A stretch of 64,000 nucleotides of DNA, from assembly GCA_000999315.1 (NCBI GenBank), contig LCFW01000003.1, positions 20,686-84,685 on the forward strand. The letters run 5' to 3'. Source of the stretch: Candidatus Peregrinibacteria bacterium GW2011_GWF2_43_17. GTDB lineage: Bacteria > Patescibacteriota > Gracilibacteria > UBA1369 > UBA12470. Positions within the stretch are counted from its first letter, which is position 1; every line of letters starts with the position of its first letter. Shown in pieces: positions 1-8,641 of the stretch. The position numbers and the translations under genes were made by a program. Under the pieces are notes generated by a model, which saw only the letters and a program-made list of their open reading frames with translations, was not told the DNA's origin and did no database searches.

Positions 1-51
1 CAGAGCAAAACATCCTCTTTTATGATATAATTTACGGAAGTAAAACAATAT

Positions 52-690
52 ATGGGGCTCAACACTCAACAACCATCGTCGGAATCATATGAATCGCTCG
101 CCATTGAAGAATGGACAAGCCGTCTCAAGACGATACTTTCAAATTTAAACAAAATTCCGGAAGAAATGATCCATCGAGGACCGACTTTCACGGTCGAAAC
201 AAAAAACGGCGAAACGTTAACTTGCGAAACTTTATATTTCAACTTCATATTTGGAAAAAATTACCAAATACGCAAACCCGTAAACACCAACGGAGCTGGA
301 ATCATGCACTTTGTATTCGCAAAAAACACCTCGGGAGAAATTGTGGGCTTGCGGATATCCTCAATTTTCAATCAAAATAAAAACGAGATGCTGGCGCAAT
401 CAAGAATTTCAGTAAAATATCGCGGGAAAGGCTTGGCAATGCCGACCGAAAACGCTTTTATCAAATCCATGCAGTGGCTAGCGAACACGCTCGACAAAAA
501 CATCGTTTGGAAAGTATACAACGAGAACCTGGTAGCCTTGGACCTGGCGAAAGAAAGGGGAAACGTTTCAACAAAAATATTAACGGCACTCGAATCGGAA
601 CAACAAAGATGGCAAGCAATGTACGGCCCGGGAGGGAAACTCGGAATTAACAATAAGGGCAAACGCATCTTCCGCCCAATCTCCGCTTGA
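52..690 (+). CDS. hypothetical protein (possible GNAT-like acetyltransferase)
   Basis: 212-aa ORF with ATG start and TGA stop. Segment ISVKYRGKGLAMPTENAFIKSM resembles the GNAT motif-A R-x-x-G-x-G/A loop. Nothing else is recognisable. Confidence 0.45.
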   Translation: MGLNTQQPSSESYESLAIEEWTSRLKTILSNLNKIPEEMIHRGPTFTVETKNGETLTCETLYFNFIFGKNYQIRKPVNTNGAGIMHFVFAKNTSGEIVGLRISSIFNQNKNEMLAQSRISVKYRGKGLAMPTENAFIKSMQWLANTLDKNIVWKVYNENLVALDLAKERGNVSTKILTALESEQQRWQAMYGPGGKLGINNKGKRIFRPISA

Positions 691-715
691 CCGCTTCGCG
701 TTAGCACTCTACAAT
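687..715 (+). promoter_or_regulatory. candidate sigma70-type promoter of dnaK
   Basis: TTGACC (687-692), 17-nt spacer, TACAAT (710-715). The -10 lies in the spacer of the CIRCE repeat, about 60 nt upstream of the dnaK ATG. Confidence 0.55.
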
Positions 716-727
716 GTCGTGTGCTAA
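701..727. promoter_or_regulatory. CIRCE inverted repeat (HrcA operator)
   Basis: TTAGCACTC-N9-GTGTGCTAA matches the CIRCE consensus TTAGCACTC-N9-GAGTGCTAA at 17 of 18 positions. It sits directly upstream of dnaK. Confidence 0.8.
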
Positions 728-774
728 AGACACTATGTGTCTATAAACTATTAGACTATAAAACTACCAAACCC

Positions 775-2712
775 ATGTCCAGAATCATCGGCATAGACCT
801 CGGAACCACCAACTCCTGCGTCGCAATAATGGAAGGCGGCGAACCAACGGTAATCCCAAACGTTGAAGGCCAAAGGACAACCCCTTCGGTCGTTTCGATA
901 AAAGATGAAGAAAGAATGGTCGGAGTCACGGCAAAAAGGCAAGCTGTAACCAACGCCGAAAATACGATTTTCTCGGCAAAAAGACTCATCGGCCGAACTT
1001 TTAAAGAATGTAAAAAAGATGTCGAAAGAATGCCCTTCAAAATAGTCGAAGGTAAAAACAAAGAAGCTGAAATCGTCCTCAATAAAAAACAACACCGACC
1101 CGCCGAAATCTCCGCAATGGTCCTTCAAAAACTGAAAGCCGACGCGGAAAAATACTTAGGCGAACCGGTTACGGAAGCCGTAATCACCGTCCCTGCATAT
1201 TTTAACGACTCTCAAAGACAAGCCACGAAAGACGCAGGCAAAATCGCCGGACTCGATGTAAAAAGAATCATCAACGAACCCACGGCCGCCGCTCTTGCCT
1301 ACGGTCTCGACAAAAAAAGCGGCAAAGACAAAAAAGTCGCGGTATTCGACCTCGGAGGCGGAACTTTTGACATATCAATTCTCGAACTCGCCAACGTTGA
1401 CGGAGAAAAACAGTTTGAAGTCCTTTCTACAAATGGCGACACGCAACTCGGAGGCGACGATTTCGACGAACGCATAATAAAATGGCTCACCGATGAATTT
1501 AAAAAGAATAACGGCATAGATTTGAGCAAAGACCGAATGGCCCTCCAGCGCCTAAAAGAGTCCGCCGAAAAAGCAAAATGCGAACTTTCAACGTTACACG
1601 AAACCGAAATCAACCTGCCGTTCATCACGGCCGACTCATCCGGTCCGAAACACCTCACGGTAAAACTGAGCCGCGCAAAACTCGAGGACTTGGTCGCGGA
1701 CTTGATCGAAGGCACGGTCACTCCATGCAAAAAAGCCATCGAAGACGCAAAAGTCTACGTATCCGATTTGGACGAAGTAATCTTGGTAGGAGGCATGACA
1801 AGAATGCCGATCGTTCAGAAAAAAGTTGAAGAGATTTTCGGAAAAGAACCTCATCGAGGCATCAACCCGGACGAAGTTGTCGCAATCGGCGCCGCAATCC
1901 AAGGCGGAGTTCTGCAAGGCGACGTAAAAGGCGTCCTCCTTCTCGACGTCACTCCTCTTACTCTCGGCATCGAAACCTTAGGCGGAGTCAGAACCCCTTT
2001 GATCGAAAGAAACACAACTATCCCGACCTCGAAATCTCAAGTTTTTTCAACCGCTTCGGACAACCAACCTTCGGTTGAAATTCATATCCTGCAAGGCGAA
2101 CGCCCAATGGCCGCCGACAACAAATCGCTCGGTAAATTCACATTGGATGGGATACCTGCCGCACCACGCGGAATTCCTCAAGTCGAAGTGACTTTCGACA
2201 TAGACGCAAACGGAATTTTACACGTAAAAGCTCTCGACAAAGCCACAAGCAAAACCCAACACATCACAATCACCGGCAGTAGCGGCATGAAAGACGAAGA
2301 AGTGGAAAAACTCAGAAAAGAGGCGGAAGCGCACGCGGAAGAAGACAAGAAAAAACAAGAAACGGTTGAAACAAGAATCAGCGCCGAAACCCTCGTCTCG
2401 ACTTGCGAACGCACGCTCAAAGACGCGGGCGACAAAGTGGGAGAAGATTTGAAAAAACCGGTCCGTGAAAAAATCGAAGAACTCAAGAAAATCCTCGCCG
2501 ACAAAGACACCTCCCCGGACGACATCAAGAAAGCTTCCGATTCCCTGACCGAAGAAATCCAAAAAGTCGGGACTGAACTCTACAAAGCCGCATCCGAAAA
2601 TAAAGCCGGTACCCCAAAGGACGACGAAAATGTTCGCGTTTACGACAAAGACGAGGAAAAAGAGAAGACCGTGGAAGGAGAAGTGGTGGATGAAAAGAAG
2701 AAGGGAAAATAG
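775..2712 (+). CDS. dnaK: molecular chaperone DnaK (Hsp70)
   Basis: [25 protein letters not shown] and [11 protein letters not shown] signatures. The ORF track opens at GTG 721, but the conserved N-terminus begins at ATG 775. Confidence 0.97.
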   Translation: MSRIIGIDLGTTNSCVAIMEGGEPTVIPNVEGQRTTPSVVSIKDEERMVGVTAKRQAVTNAENTIFSAKRLIGRTFKECKKDVERMPFKIVEGKNKEAEIVLNKKQHRPAEISAMVLQKLKADAEKYLGEPVTEAVITVPAYFNDSQRQATKDAGKIAGLDVKRIINEPTAAALAYGLDKKSGKDKKVAVFDLGGGTFDISILELANVDGEKQFEVLSTNGDTQLGGDDFDERIIKWLTDEFKKNNGIDLSKDRMALQRLKESAEKAKCELSTLHETEINLPFITADSSGPKHLTVKLSRAKLEDLVADLIEGTVTPCKKAIEDAKVYVSDLDEVILVGGMTRMPIVQKKVEEIFGKEPHRGINPDEVVAIGAAIQGGVLQGDVKGVLLLDVTPLTLGIETLGGVRTPLIERNTTIPTSKSQVFSTASDNQPSVEIHILQGERPMAADNKSLGKFTLDGIPAAPRGIPQVEVTFDIDANGILHVKALDKATSKTQHITITGSSGMKDEEVEKLRKEAEAHAEEDKKKQETVETRISAETLVSTCERTLKDAGDKVGEDLKKPVREKIEELKKILADKDTSPDDIKKASDSLTEEIQKVGTELYKAASENKAGTPKDDENVRVYDKDEEKEKTVEGEVVDEKKKGK

Positions 2713-2748
2713 TTACGAATTTTTTCGCGTAAAAATTCGCACAACAAT

Positions 2749-2776
2749 GTACTGTATTCTATGTACTGTGTACTAT
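2749..2776 (+). repeat. tandem heptamer array (GTACTGT ATTCTAT GTACTGT GTACTAT)
   Basis: Four 7-nt units read directly from the sequence. The array ends 6 nt before ATG 2783. Confidence 0.7.
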
Positions 2777-2782
2777 TAACAT

Positions 2783-3688
2783 ATGCACTCGATCGAAAAA
2801 CATTTCTTCCTCATCCTCACTCTCGCCCTCGCAAGCGGACTGTTTTTGCCGCAAGCTGGAGACATGCTAGTCCCGGCAATCAAGCCGCTTCTGATGATGA
2901 TTTTACTTTTAACTTCGCTGAAAATCGATTTTAAAAGCATTTTCTCGTATCTGAAAAAACCACTTCTCTCGACCTACATTTTCGTCCTGATAATGCTGAT
3001 TATTCCGACGATTGTTTTTCTGATTACAAATCAAATAGATCAAACTCTCGCGATAGGACTTTTGCTTATGACGGCAACTCCGCCGGCAATGGCATCGCCC
3101 GTATTAACCGAAATATTTAAAGGCAATTCCGCGCTCTCTCTTACAACATTAATAACGTGCTCGCTCCTCTCCCCTCTTACCATGCCCTTCCTTTTCAAAA
3201 TACTTACTTCGCAATCCATCGAACTCGATTCGTTGGAGATGGCAAAAACTTTGGCAATAATGATTTTCACCCCGATAATTCTTGCGGAAATAATTAAAAA
3301 AATACAGTCCGCGAAACCGACAATCGAAAAAGTAAAAAAATATGTAAGTGGAATCAATATAATAATAATGTCGATTCTGGGGTACATCGGCATCGCGATA
3401 CAGTCCGACACCTTGCTCAACAATCCGCTGAGCATCATAAAACAACTCATAGCCCTCACCATTCTTTTCGCAGTCATGCACGTCATCGGATATATGATCG
3501 GATTTTGGCGACCAAGAGAAGATAAAATCGCAATCGCGACATCAAACACCTATATGAACAGTTCCCTTGCATTCGTAATCGCTGTAGAATTCTTTCCGCC
3601 GGAAATCGTTCTGATCTCGATAGTTTCTCAACTCACTTGGAACCTTTTCCCCGGCATCTTCAAACAAATACTAAGAATAGTACGATAA
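2783..3688 (+). CDS. bile acid:sodium symporter (BASS/ACR3-like) family transporter
   Basis: 301-aa polytopic membrane protein. LLLMTATPPAMASPVLTEIFKGNSALSL resembles the BASS signature (..P.g..s.v.t...gGn.alS). Confidence 0.6.
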   Translation: MHSIEKHFFLILTLALASGLFLPQAGDMLVPAIKPLLMMILLLTSLKIDFKSIFSYLKKPLLSTYIFVLIMLIIPTIVFLITNQIDQTLAIGLLLMTATPPAMASPVLTEIFKGNSALSLTTLITCSLLSPLTMPFLFKILTSQSIELDSLEMAKTLAIMIFTPIILAEIIKKIQSAKPTIEKVKKYVSGINIIIMSILGYIGIAIQSDTLLNNPLSIIKQLIALTILFAVMHVIGYMIGFWRPREDKIAIATSNTYMNSSLAFVIAVEFFPPEIVLISIVSQLTWNLFPGIFKQILRIVR

Positions 3689-3764
3689 ACTCATAAACAA
3701 ATAGTCGCATAGTGAAATCCGGACTATTGGCCTATGAATCTATAAGTCTATCAACTACCCCATC

Positions 3765-4619
3765 ATGTTCTCTGGATTCGGATTAAAATTCTTCAATCTG
3801 GATGGTACGTCAACGCACCACATAATTAACGAAATCGCATATAAACATGCACTTAAAAAAACAAAGAAAAACGGCTTCCCGGGAATAATAAGCCTCGACC
3901 TTCATTCGGGATATTACGGTCCCGACGGAAAATGGTCCAAACCAATCAGCAAAGTTTCCGACCACATGTACAACCCTGCAACCGATTCGGGTAATGCCAT
4001 GAATAACGCTATCCAGTCTTACAAAATCGCATGCAAACAACTGAATTCGACAGATAAACTTGAAAAAAAACTTGGCAATCTCGCCTGCGCCCGCGGACTG
4101 CATTTTCTTGTGGACGGATTAACTCCCGCCCATCACATCGGTCACAAAGTTCTCCTGGCAAAAAGTGGCGCCGACTGGAACGATCCTTACTGGAACAGAC
4201 CGAAATCCAACACATACAACGTGCTTTTCATGCCCCACGGTCAATTTGAAAAAAAGTGCGCTTTTTATATGTTTCTTCATACAAAAAAAATTAGAAGGAA
4301 TTACGCCAAACTGCGTCAATCTCGATCGCCAATTTCGATTGCTAATGAAAACGACCTTGAGAATTTTCTTAAAAAACAAGCTCTGAAAATCCGCCTGACC
4401 GGCATTTATGAAAAATTTCTCTCTCATCAAAACATCAAAGACGAAGTGATTAAAGAACTTTTTCCGGAAATGATTTATACGGTGGAAATTTACATAAGAA
4501 GCCTGTACGCTTCAGCCGCACTCCCTCAAAAACAACACAAATACAGAGGAAAAATCGCCAGAACTTATCACGAAATCACAGCCAAAATCCCAAAAATTAA
4601 AATTCGCATACTGAAATGA
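3765..4619 (+). CDS. zinc-dependent phospholipase C-like protein (tentative)
   Basis: 284 aa. STHHIINEIAY and GLHFLVDGLTPAHHIGH resemble the SHLWIVNRAI and ALHYLGDVNQPMHA zinc-ligand motifs of Bacillus PLC. The stop overlaps the psd start (ATGA). Confidence 0.4.
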   Translation: MFSGFGLKFFNLDGTSTHHIINEIAYKHALKKTKKNGFPGIISLDLHSGYYGPDGKWSKPISKVSDHMYNPATDSGNAMNNAIQSYKIACKQLNSTDKLEKKLGNLACARGLHFLVDGLTPAHHIGHKVLLAKSGADWNDPYWNRPKSNTYNVLFMPHGQFEKKCAFYMFLHTKKIRRNYAKLRQSRSPISIANENDLENFLKKQALKIRLTGIYEKFLSHQNIKDEVIKELFPEMIYTVEIYIRSLYASAALPQKQHKYRGKIARTYHEITAKIPKIKIRILK

Positions 4620-5236
4620 TTTTCATAAAAATCATCGCCATCTTCATCCTTGCTCTCGTCATATTTTATAAATTTTGGTTCCTTAGAAATCCGAAATTCA
4701 CAGTACCAAAAGGTAATAATTTGATCAGCCCGGCACAAGGCAGAATTTCAAAAATAATAGAAATTAAAGGCGGCTCGAAAAACAATATCGAAAAAGGGAA
4801 AGGGCGCATCGGGATTTGGGCGGACAACCTCGAAGGCAAAGACGGCTACCTGATTTCAATTGTGATGACTCCGTTCGATATGCATTTCCAAAAGGCACCA
4901 ATTGCAGGCACAATCACGAAAGTTCAACACACGAAAGGCAAACACAAAAACGCACTTTCAAAAAAACTAAGGCCGGAAGATTATGCGGAAAACGAACATC
5001 GGGAATTCACAATCGAAGGAAAAAATTTGAAAATAAAAATCATCCAAATCGCCGGATTTCTCGCACGAAGAACCGTAAGCCTTGTTCATGAATCCCAAAA
5101 AGTCGCAAAAGGACAAGACATCGGCCTTATCAGATTTGGAAGCCAGGTAACTTTGATAATCCCCAAACTTCCGCTTAAAATCAAAGTCGGAGACAAAGTA
5201 AAAGCCGGTAGAACCATAATCGCCCTAAACCCCTAA
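4616..5236 (+). CDS. psd: phosphatidylserine decarboxylase proenzyme (short Asd-type)
   Basis: N-terminal TM helix. MTPFDMHFQKAPIAGTI is present, as is the RFGSQVTLIIP G-S self-cleavage motif near the C-terminus. Confidence 0.75.
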   Translation: MIFIKIIAIFILALVIFYKFWFLRNPKFTVPKGNNLISPAQGRISKIIEIKGGSKNNIEKGKGRIGIWADNLEGKDGYLISIVMTPFDMHFQKAPIAGTITKVQHTKGKHKNALSKKLRPEDYAENEHREFTIEGKNLKIKIIQIAGFLARRTVSLVHESQKVAKGQDIGLIRFGSQVTLIIPKLPLKIKVGDKVKAGRTIIALNP

Positions 5237-5247
5237 CCCCTCCCCTT

Positions 5248-5748
5248 ATGCTCAAATTCCTGAAATCCCTCACACTCGCCGACTTGGCAACCCTGGCAAA
5301 CGCGACATTCGGGATACTTTCGATAAACGCCACTCGCAACGGAAATTTCGAGATGGCGTTTTTCATGATTTTCGCGGCATTCGTATGTGATTTTCTGGAC
5401 GGCAAAATCGCCCGCTTCACCAAAAAGACAACATCTCTGGGTCACGATCTGGACTCTCTCTCGGACACTATCTCGTTCGGGGTCGCGCCGGTAGCGTTTT
5501 TAATCGGAACAATCCCCACCCTTCTTGCCACGATAACCGGAATATTTTTCACGCTTTGCGGCATCCTCAGACTCGCAAGATTCAACACCAAGCCGATCGC
5601 CGGCGGATATGAAGGCATGCCAATCCCATTGCCAAGCTTATGTATCGCGACATATTATTTCGCAGGCGCTCCGATAGAATATCTCCCCTACCTGTATATC
5701 GCCCTTGGCCTACTCATGATTTCAACAATAAAAGTTAAAAAAATATGA
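5248..5748 (+). CDS. pssA: CDP-diacylglycerol--serine O-phosphatidyltransferase
   Basis: CDP-alcohol phosphatidyltransferase motif DFLDGKIARFTKKTTSLGHDLDSLSD (D-x2-DG-x2-AR-x8-G-x3-D-x3-D). Small multi-TM protein adjacent to psd. Confidence 0.8.
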   Translation: MLKFLKSLTLADLATLANATFGILSINATRNGNFEMAFFMIFAAFVCDFLDGKIARFTKKTTSLGHDLDSLSDTISFGVAPVAFLIGTIPTLLATITGIFFTLCGILRLARFNTKPIAGGYEGMPIPLPSLCIATYYFAGAPIEYLPYLYIALGLLMISTIKVKKI

Positions 5749-7046
5749 TAGACATAAAATTAATTCGAGAAAATCCGGATCTGATCAAAAAAGCTTGCAA
5801 GCAAAAAAATATCGAACTCGATATTGAATATCTTTTAAAACTCGACCTCGAAAAACGCGAACTTCAACAAAAAACGGAAGAAATCCGCGCAAAAAAGAAC
5901 TCCGCATCGGAAGAAATCGCAAAAGCGAAAGGTCCGGACAAACAGAAGAAAATCGCCGAAATGAAAGAGCTCGGAGAAGAAGAAAAAAAAGCCACCCCGA
6001 GATTACAGGAAATCGAACTGGAACTTGCAAAACTTTTATTGTTGGCGCCAATGCCGCCGTCTTCAAAAACCCCCGAAGGCAAAGACGACACGGAAAACAA
6101 AGAACTTTACAAATGGGGCAAACTGCCGAAATTCGACTTTGAACCACTCGACCACGTGGCAATAGGAGAAAAATGCGACATATTGGACATGCCGAGAGGA
6201 GCGAAAGTCGCGGGAGCCAGATCCTACTATCTGAAAAATGAAGGGATGAGACTCGAAATGGCACTTATGATGTACACCCTCGACAAACTTGCCAAGAAAG
6301 ATTTCTCTCCATTCATAGTCCCGAACATCGTCAACTATTCGGCGATGATGGGAACTTCTTACTTCCCCGGAGGCGAAGAACAGACTTATTCATTAGGGGT
6401 ACAAAAAGAAAAAGAAGCGACGATTGAACCTGATGAAAAGTACTTGGCAGGAACTGCGGAAGTAGCACTCACTTCTTACCATGCCGAAGAAATTTTAAAA
6501 GAAGATGAGCTACCCAAGCTTTACTGTGGATTTTCAACCTGTTACAGACGTGAAGCCGGCACATACGGAAAAGATACTCACGGCATTTACAGAATCCATC
6601 AATTTCAAAAAATCGAACAAGTCGTAATTTGCAAAAACGACCCGAAAGAGAGCGAAAAAATGCACAAACTAATCTTGGAAAACGCGGAAGAACTGCTAAA
6701 AGACCTCAAACTTCCCTATAGAGTTGTAGCCGTCTGCGCAGGCGACATGGGTCGAGGCCAATATTATAAAAACGATATCGAAACCTGGATGCCAAGCCGA
6801 AATTCTTACGGCGAAACCCACTCTTGTTCAACTTTTCACGATTTTCAATCTCGCAGATTAAACCTGAAATATCGAGACCGAGACGGCAAAACACACTTCT
6901 GCCACACCCTCAACAACACTTGCGTCGCCTCTCCTCGTATTTTGATCCCGATCCTGGAAATTTATCAACAAAAAGACGGATCCGTAAAAATCCCCGAAGT
7001 CTTAATCCCCTATATGGGAGGCATCACTGAAATAAATCCCCGCTAG
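5745..7046 (+). CDS. serS: seryl-tRNA synthetase
   Basis: 433 aa with an N-terminal coiled-coil arm and a class II core (CYRREAGTYGKDTHGIYRIHQFQKIE, GETHSCST, ASPRILIPILE). Its start overlaps the pssA stop by 4 nt. Confidence 0.95.
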   Translation: MIDIKLIRENPDLIKKACKQKNIELDIEYLLKLDLEKRELQQKTEEIRAKKNSASEEIAKAKGPDKQKKIAEMKELGEEEKKATPRLQEIELELAKLLLLAPMPPSSKTPEGKDDTENKELYKWGKLPKFDFEPLDHVAIGEKCDILDMPRGAKVAGARSYYLKNEGMRLEMALMMYTLDKLAKKDFSPFIVPNIVNYSAMMGTSYFPGGEEQTYSLGVQKEKEATIEPDEKYLAGTAEVALTSYHAEEILKEDELPKLYCGFSTCYRREAGTYGKDTHGIYRIHQFQKIEQVVICKNDPKESEKMHKLILENAEELLKDLKLPYRVVAVCAGDMGRGQYYKNDIETWMPSRNSYGETHSCSTFHDFQSRRLNLKYRDRDGKTHFCHTLNNTCVASPRILIPILEIYQQKDGSVKIPEVLIPYMGGITEINPR

Positions 7047-7100
7047 CGCCTAAGCCCCTATTCTGCTATAATATACAGATAAAAATAAAACAAAAACGTT

Positions 7101-7847
7101 ATGAAAATCGCAATTTCGACCGACTCGCTGATGGGTTACGGACTAAACAGGATTTTTGAGTTCGCAAAAGAGATCGGATTCGACGGGATAGATTTGATGC
7201 TGGACAAAAAAAATCTGGACAGTCTCGACGCGGATTATGTATCAAAGCTTTCCACCGAAACCGGACTGCCGATTTTGGCTATTCAAACATCGGATAACGC
7301 AAAGAAAAAAGATGTGGAAGAGGCGGTCAAAATGGCAAAAACTCTCGGAGCAAAAGTCATAATTGTCCAACCGCCGAAAATTCTGGACAGAAAATACGCC
7401 GATTGGCTTAAGCAAGAGGTCCCGAACATCAGAAAAATAGAGAACATCTCTATCGCACTCGAAAACGCGCAAAACAAACTTTGGCTCGGCTTCATTCCCG
7501 AACGCGCGATGAACAATATCAACGAGCTGAAAAGATTTAAACATGCTTGTCTGGATACCTCTCGAGTAGCGGAAAAAAAAGAAGATTTAATCAACACTTA
7601 CAACAGCCTCTCGAAATTCCTCGTACACGTTCACATTTCCAACTATCACAGAAATAAAGGCTATCAACTTTTGAATAAAGGGTCCCTCCCGTTGGAAAGT
7701 TTCATCAGCAAACTCGCAACCGACGACTTCAAAGGCGCAATCTCAATCAAAATCACCCCGAAAAACCTCGAGGTCCGCGAAAAAGACAGGATGATGAAAA
7801 ACCTCGAAGACTGCAAGAAGTTCATAGAAAAGTATGAGAATGCATAG
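7101..7847 (+). CDS. sugar phosphate isomerase/epimerase (xylose-isomerase-like TIM barrel) family protein
   Basis: 248 aa. The N-terminal pattern IAISTDSLMGYGLNRIFEFAKEIGFDGIDL is typical of AP-endonuclease-2/xylose-isomerase-like TIM barrels. Confidence 0.55.
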   Translation: MKIAISTDSLMGYGLNRIFEFAKEIGFDGIDLMLDKKNLDSLDADYVSKLSTETGLPILAIQTSDNAKKKDVEEAVKMAKTLGAKVIIVQPPKILDRKYADWLKQEVPNIRKIENISIALENAQNKLWLGFIPERAMNNINELKRFKHACLDTSRVAEKKEDLINTYNSLSKFLVHVHISNYHRNKGYQLLNKGSLPLESFISKLATDDFKGAISIKITPKNLEVREKDRMMKNLEDCKKFIEKYENA

Positions 7848-7852
7848 TCGCA

Positions 7853-8413
7853 TCACGCCACCCTTCTCAATTTAGCCTGTATCGCCTCGATTTCGTCCTT
7901 TGCGCTAGCTCTTTTTCTTGCTTCTCCGAATTTCCCGGCAAGATTAGAACCACCACCCGTTATCACATCAATAGCGTCTAGCAATTTACCAAGCGCATTA
8001 AGTAGTTTTTCCAACCCCTCCGCGGCATGTCCCAGTCTTTCAATGGTGGCTATAATTTGATCGATTATACCGTTAACCTCTCCGATTTGATCTTTATCCA
8101 ATCTTTGTCCGGCATTTAAAATCGGTGAACTTCCGAAAATCTCCATTATTCTTTTAACTCCACTCTCCACCTGTCTGACAGTGTCGATATCGGTCGGCCC
8201 ACCTTCTTTTCCATTGGTACCTTCGATCGGAGCGGGATTTTTTTTCTGTTCCAAAACAATATCATATATCTCCCCACCTTTGCGAAGAATTGTATTAAGT
8301 TGCCTCCTTAACACTCTTGGATCGCCTTCCGATTCACGCCTAACAGGTCTTCCGTCCGGACTATAACCATATCTGATTTCGTCATCGCCTCGCGGCGCAA
8401 CAATTCCTGCCAT
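7853..8413 (-). CDS. hypothetical protein
   Basis: 186-aa ORF divergent from rpoB. It looks helical/coiled in the C-terminal half (LEKLLNALGKLLDAIDV) and has no recognisable family. Confidence 0.5.
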   Translation of the reverse strand: MAGIVAPRGDDEIRYGYSPDGRPVRRESEGDPRVLRRQLNTILRKGGEIYDIVLEQKKNPAPIEGTNGKEGGPTDIDTVRQVESGVKRIMEIFGSSPILNAGQRLDKDQIGEVNGIIDQIIATIERLGHAAEGLEKLLNALGKLLDAIDVITGGGSNLAGKFGEARKRASAKDEIEAIQAKLRRVA

Positions 8414-8502
8414 ACAATTTTTGTTTTAATAAATAAATTATTACATTGTAACATAATCCAGCATAGTAGGCAACTCGATATGCAACGGAAAAAATTCTTT
8501 AA

Positions 8503-8530
8503 TTGACTTCATTAAAATTAACCCTATAAT
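8503..8530 (+). promoter_or_regulatory. candidate sigma70-type promoter of the rpoB cluster
   Basis: TTGACT (8503-8508), 16-nt spacer, TATAAT (8525-8530). Confidence 0.6.
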
Positions 8531-8570
8531 CCTCCCGTACTATCAGAATAATGGATGAGTAACTGAAGAT

Positions 8571-8610
8571 AGTAAAAGCCAGCCAGCAGAGCTCTTTTAC
8601 TATTTTTTTA
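8571..8610 (+). promoter_or_regulatory. leader hairpin plus U-tract (possible attenuator) upstream of rpoB
   Basis: AGTAAAAG (8571-8578) pairs with CTTTTACT (8594-8601) and is followed by ATTTTTTTA. It lies between the candidate promoter and ATG 8642. Confidence 0.35.
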
Positions 8611-8641
8611 TAAAAATCTTTAATCTCTAAACTAACATACC

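Noticed and set aside
721-774. N-terminal extensions proposed by the ORF track (dnaK 721, rpsH 28749, trmD 38315, ATPase 39022, REC-HK 45133, pyrC 49974, giant gene 56166, pyrB 57131, DinG-like 59462)
   Set aside because: In each case the conserved protein N-terminus or signal peptide begins at a downstream ATG. The extension would overlap the upstream gene, a repeat array or a regulatory element.
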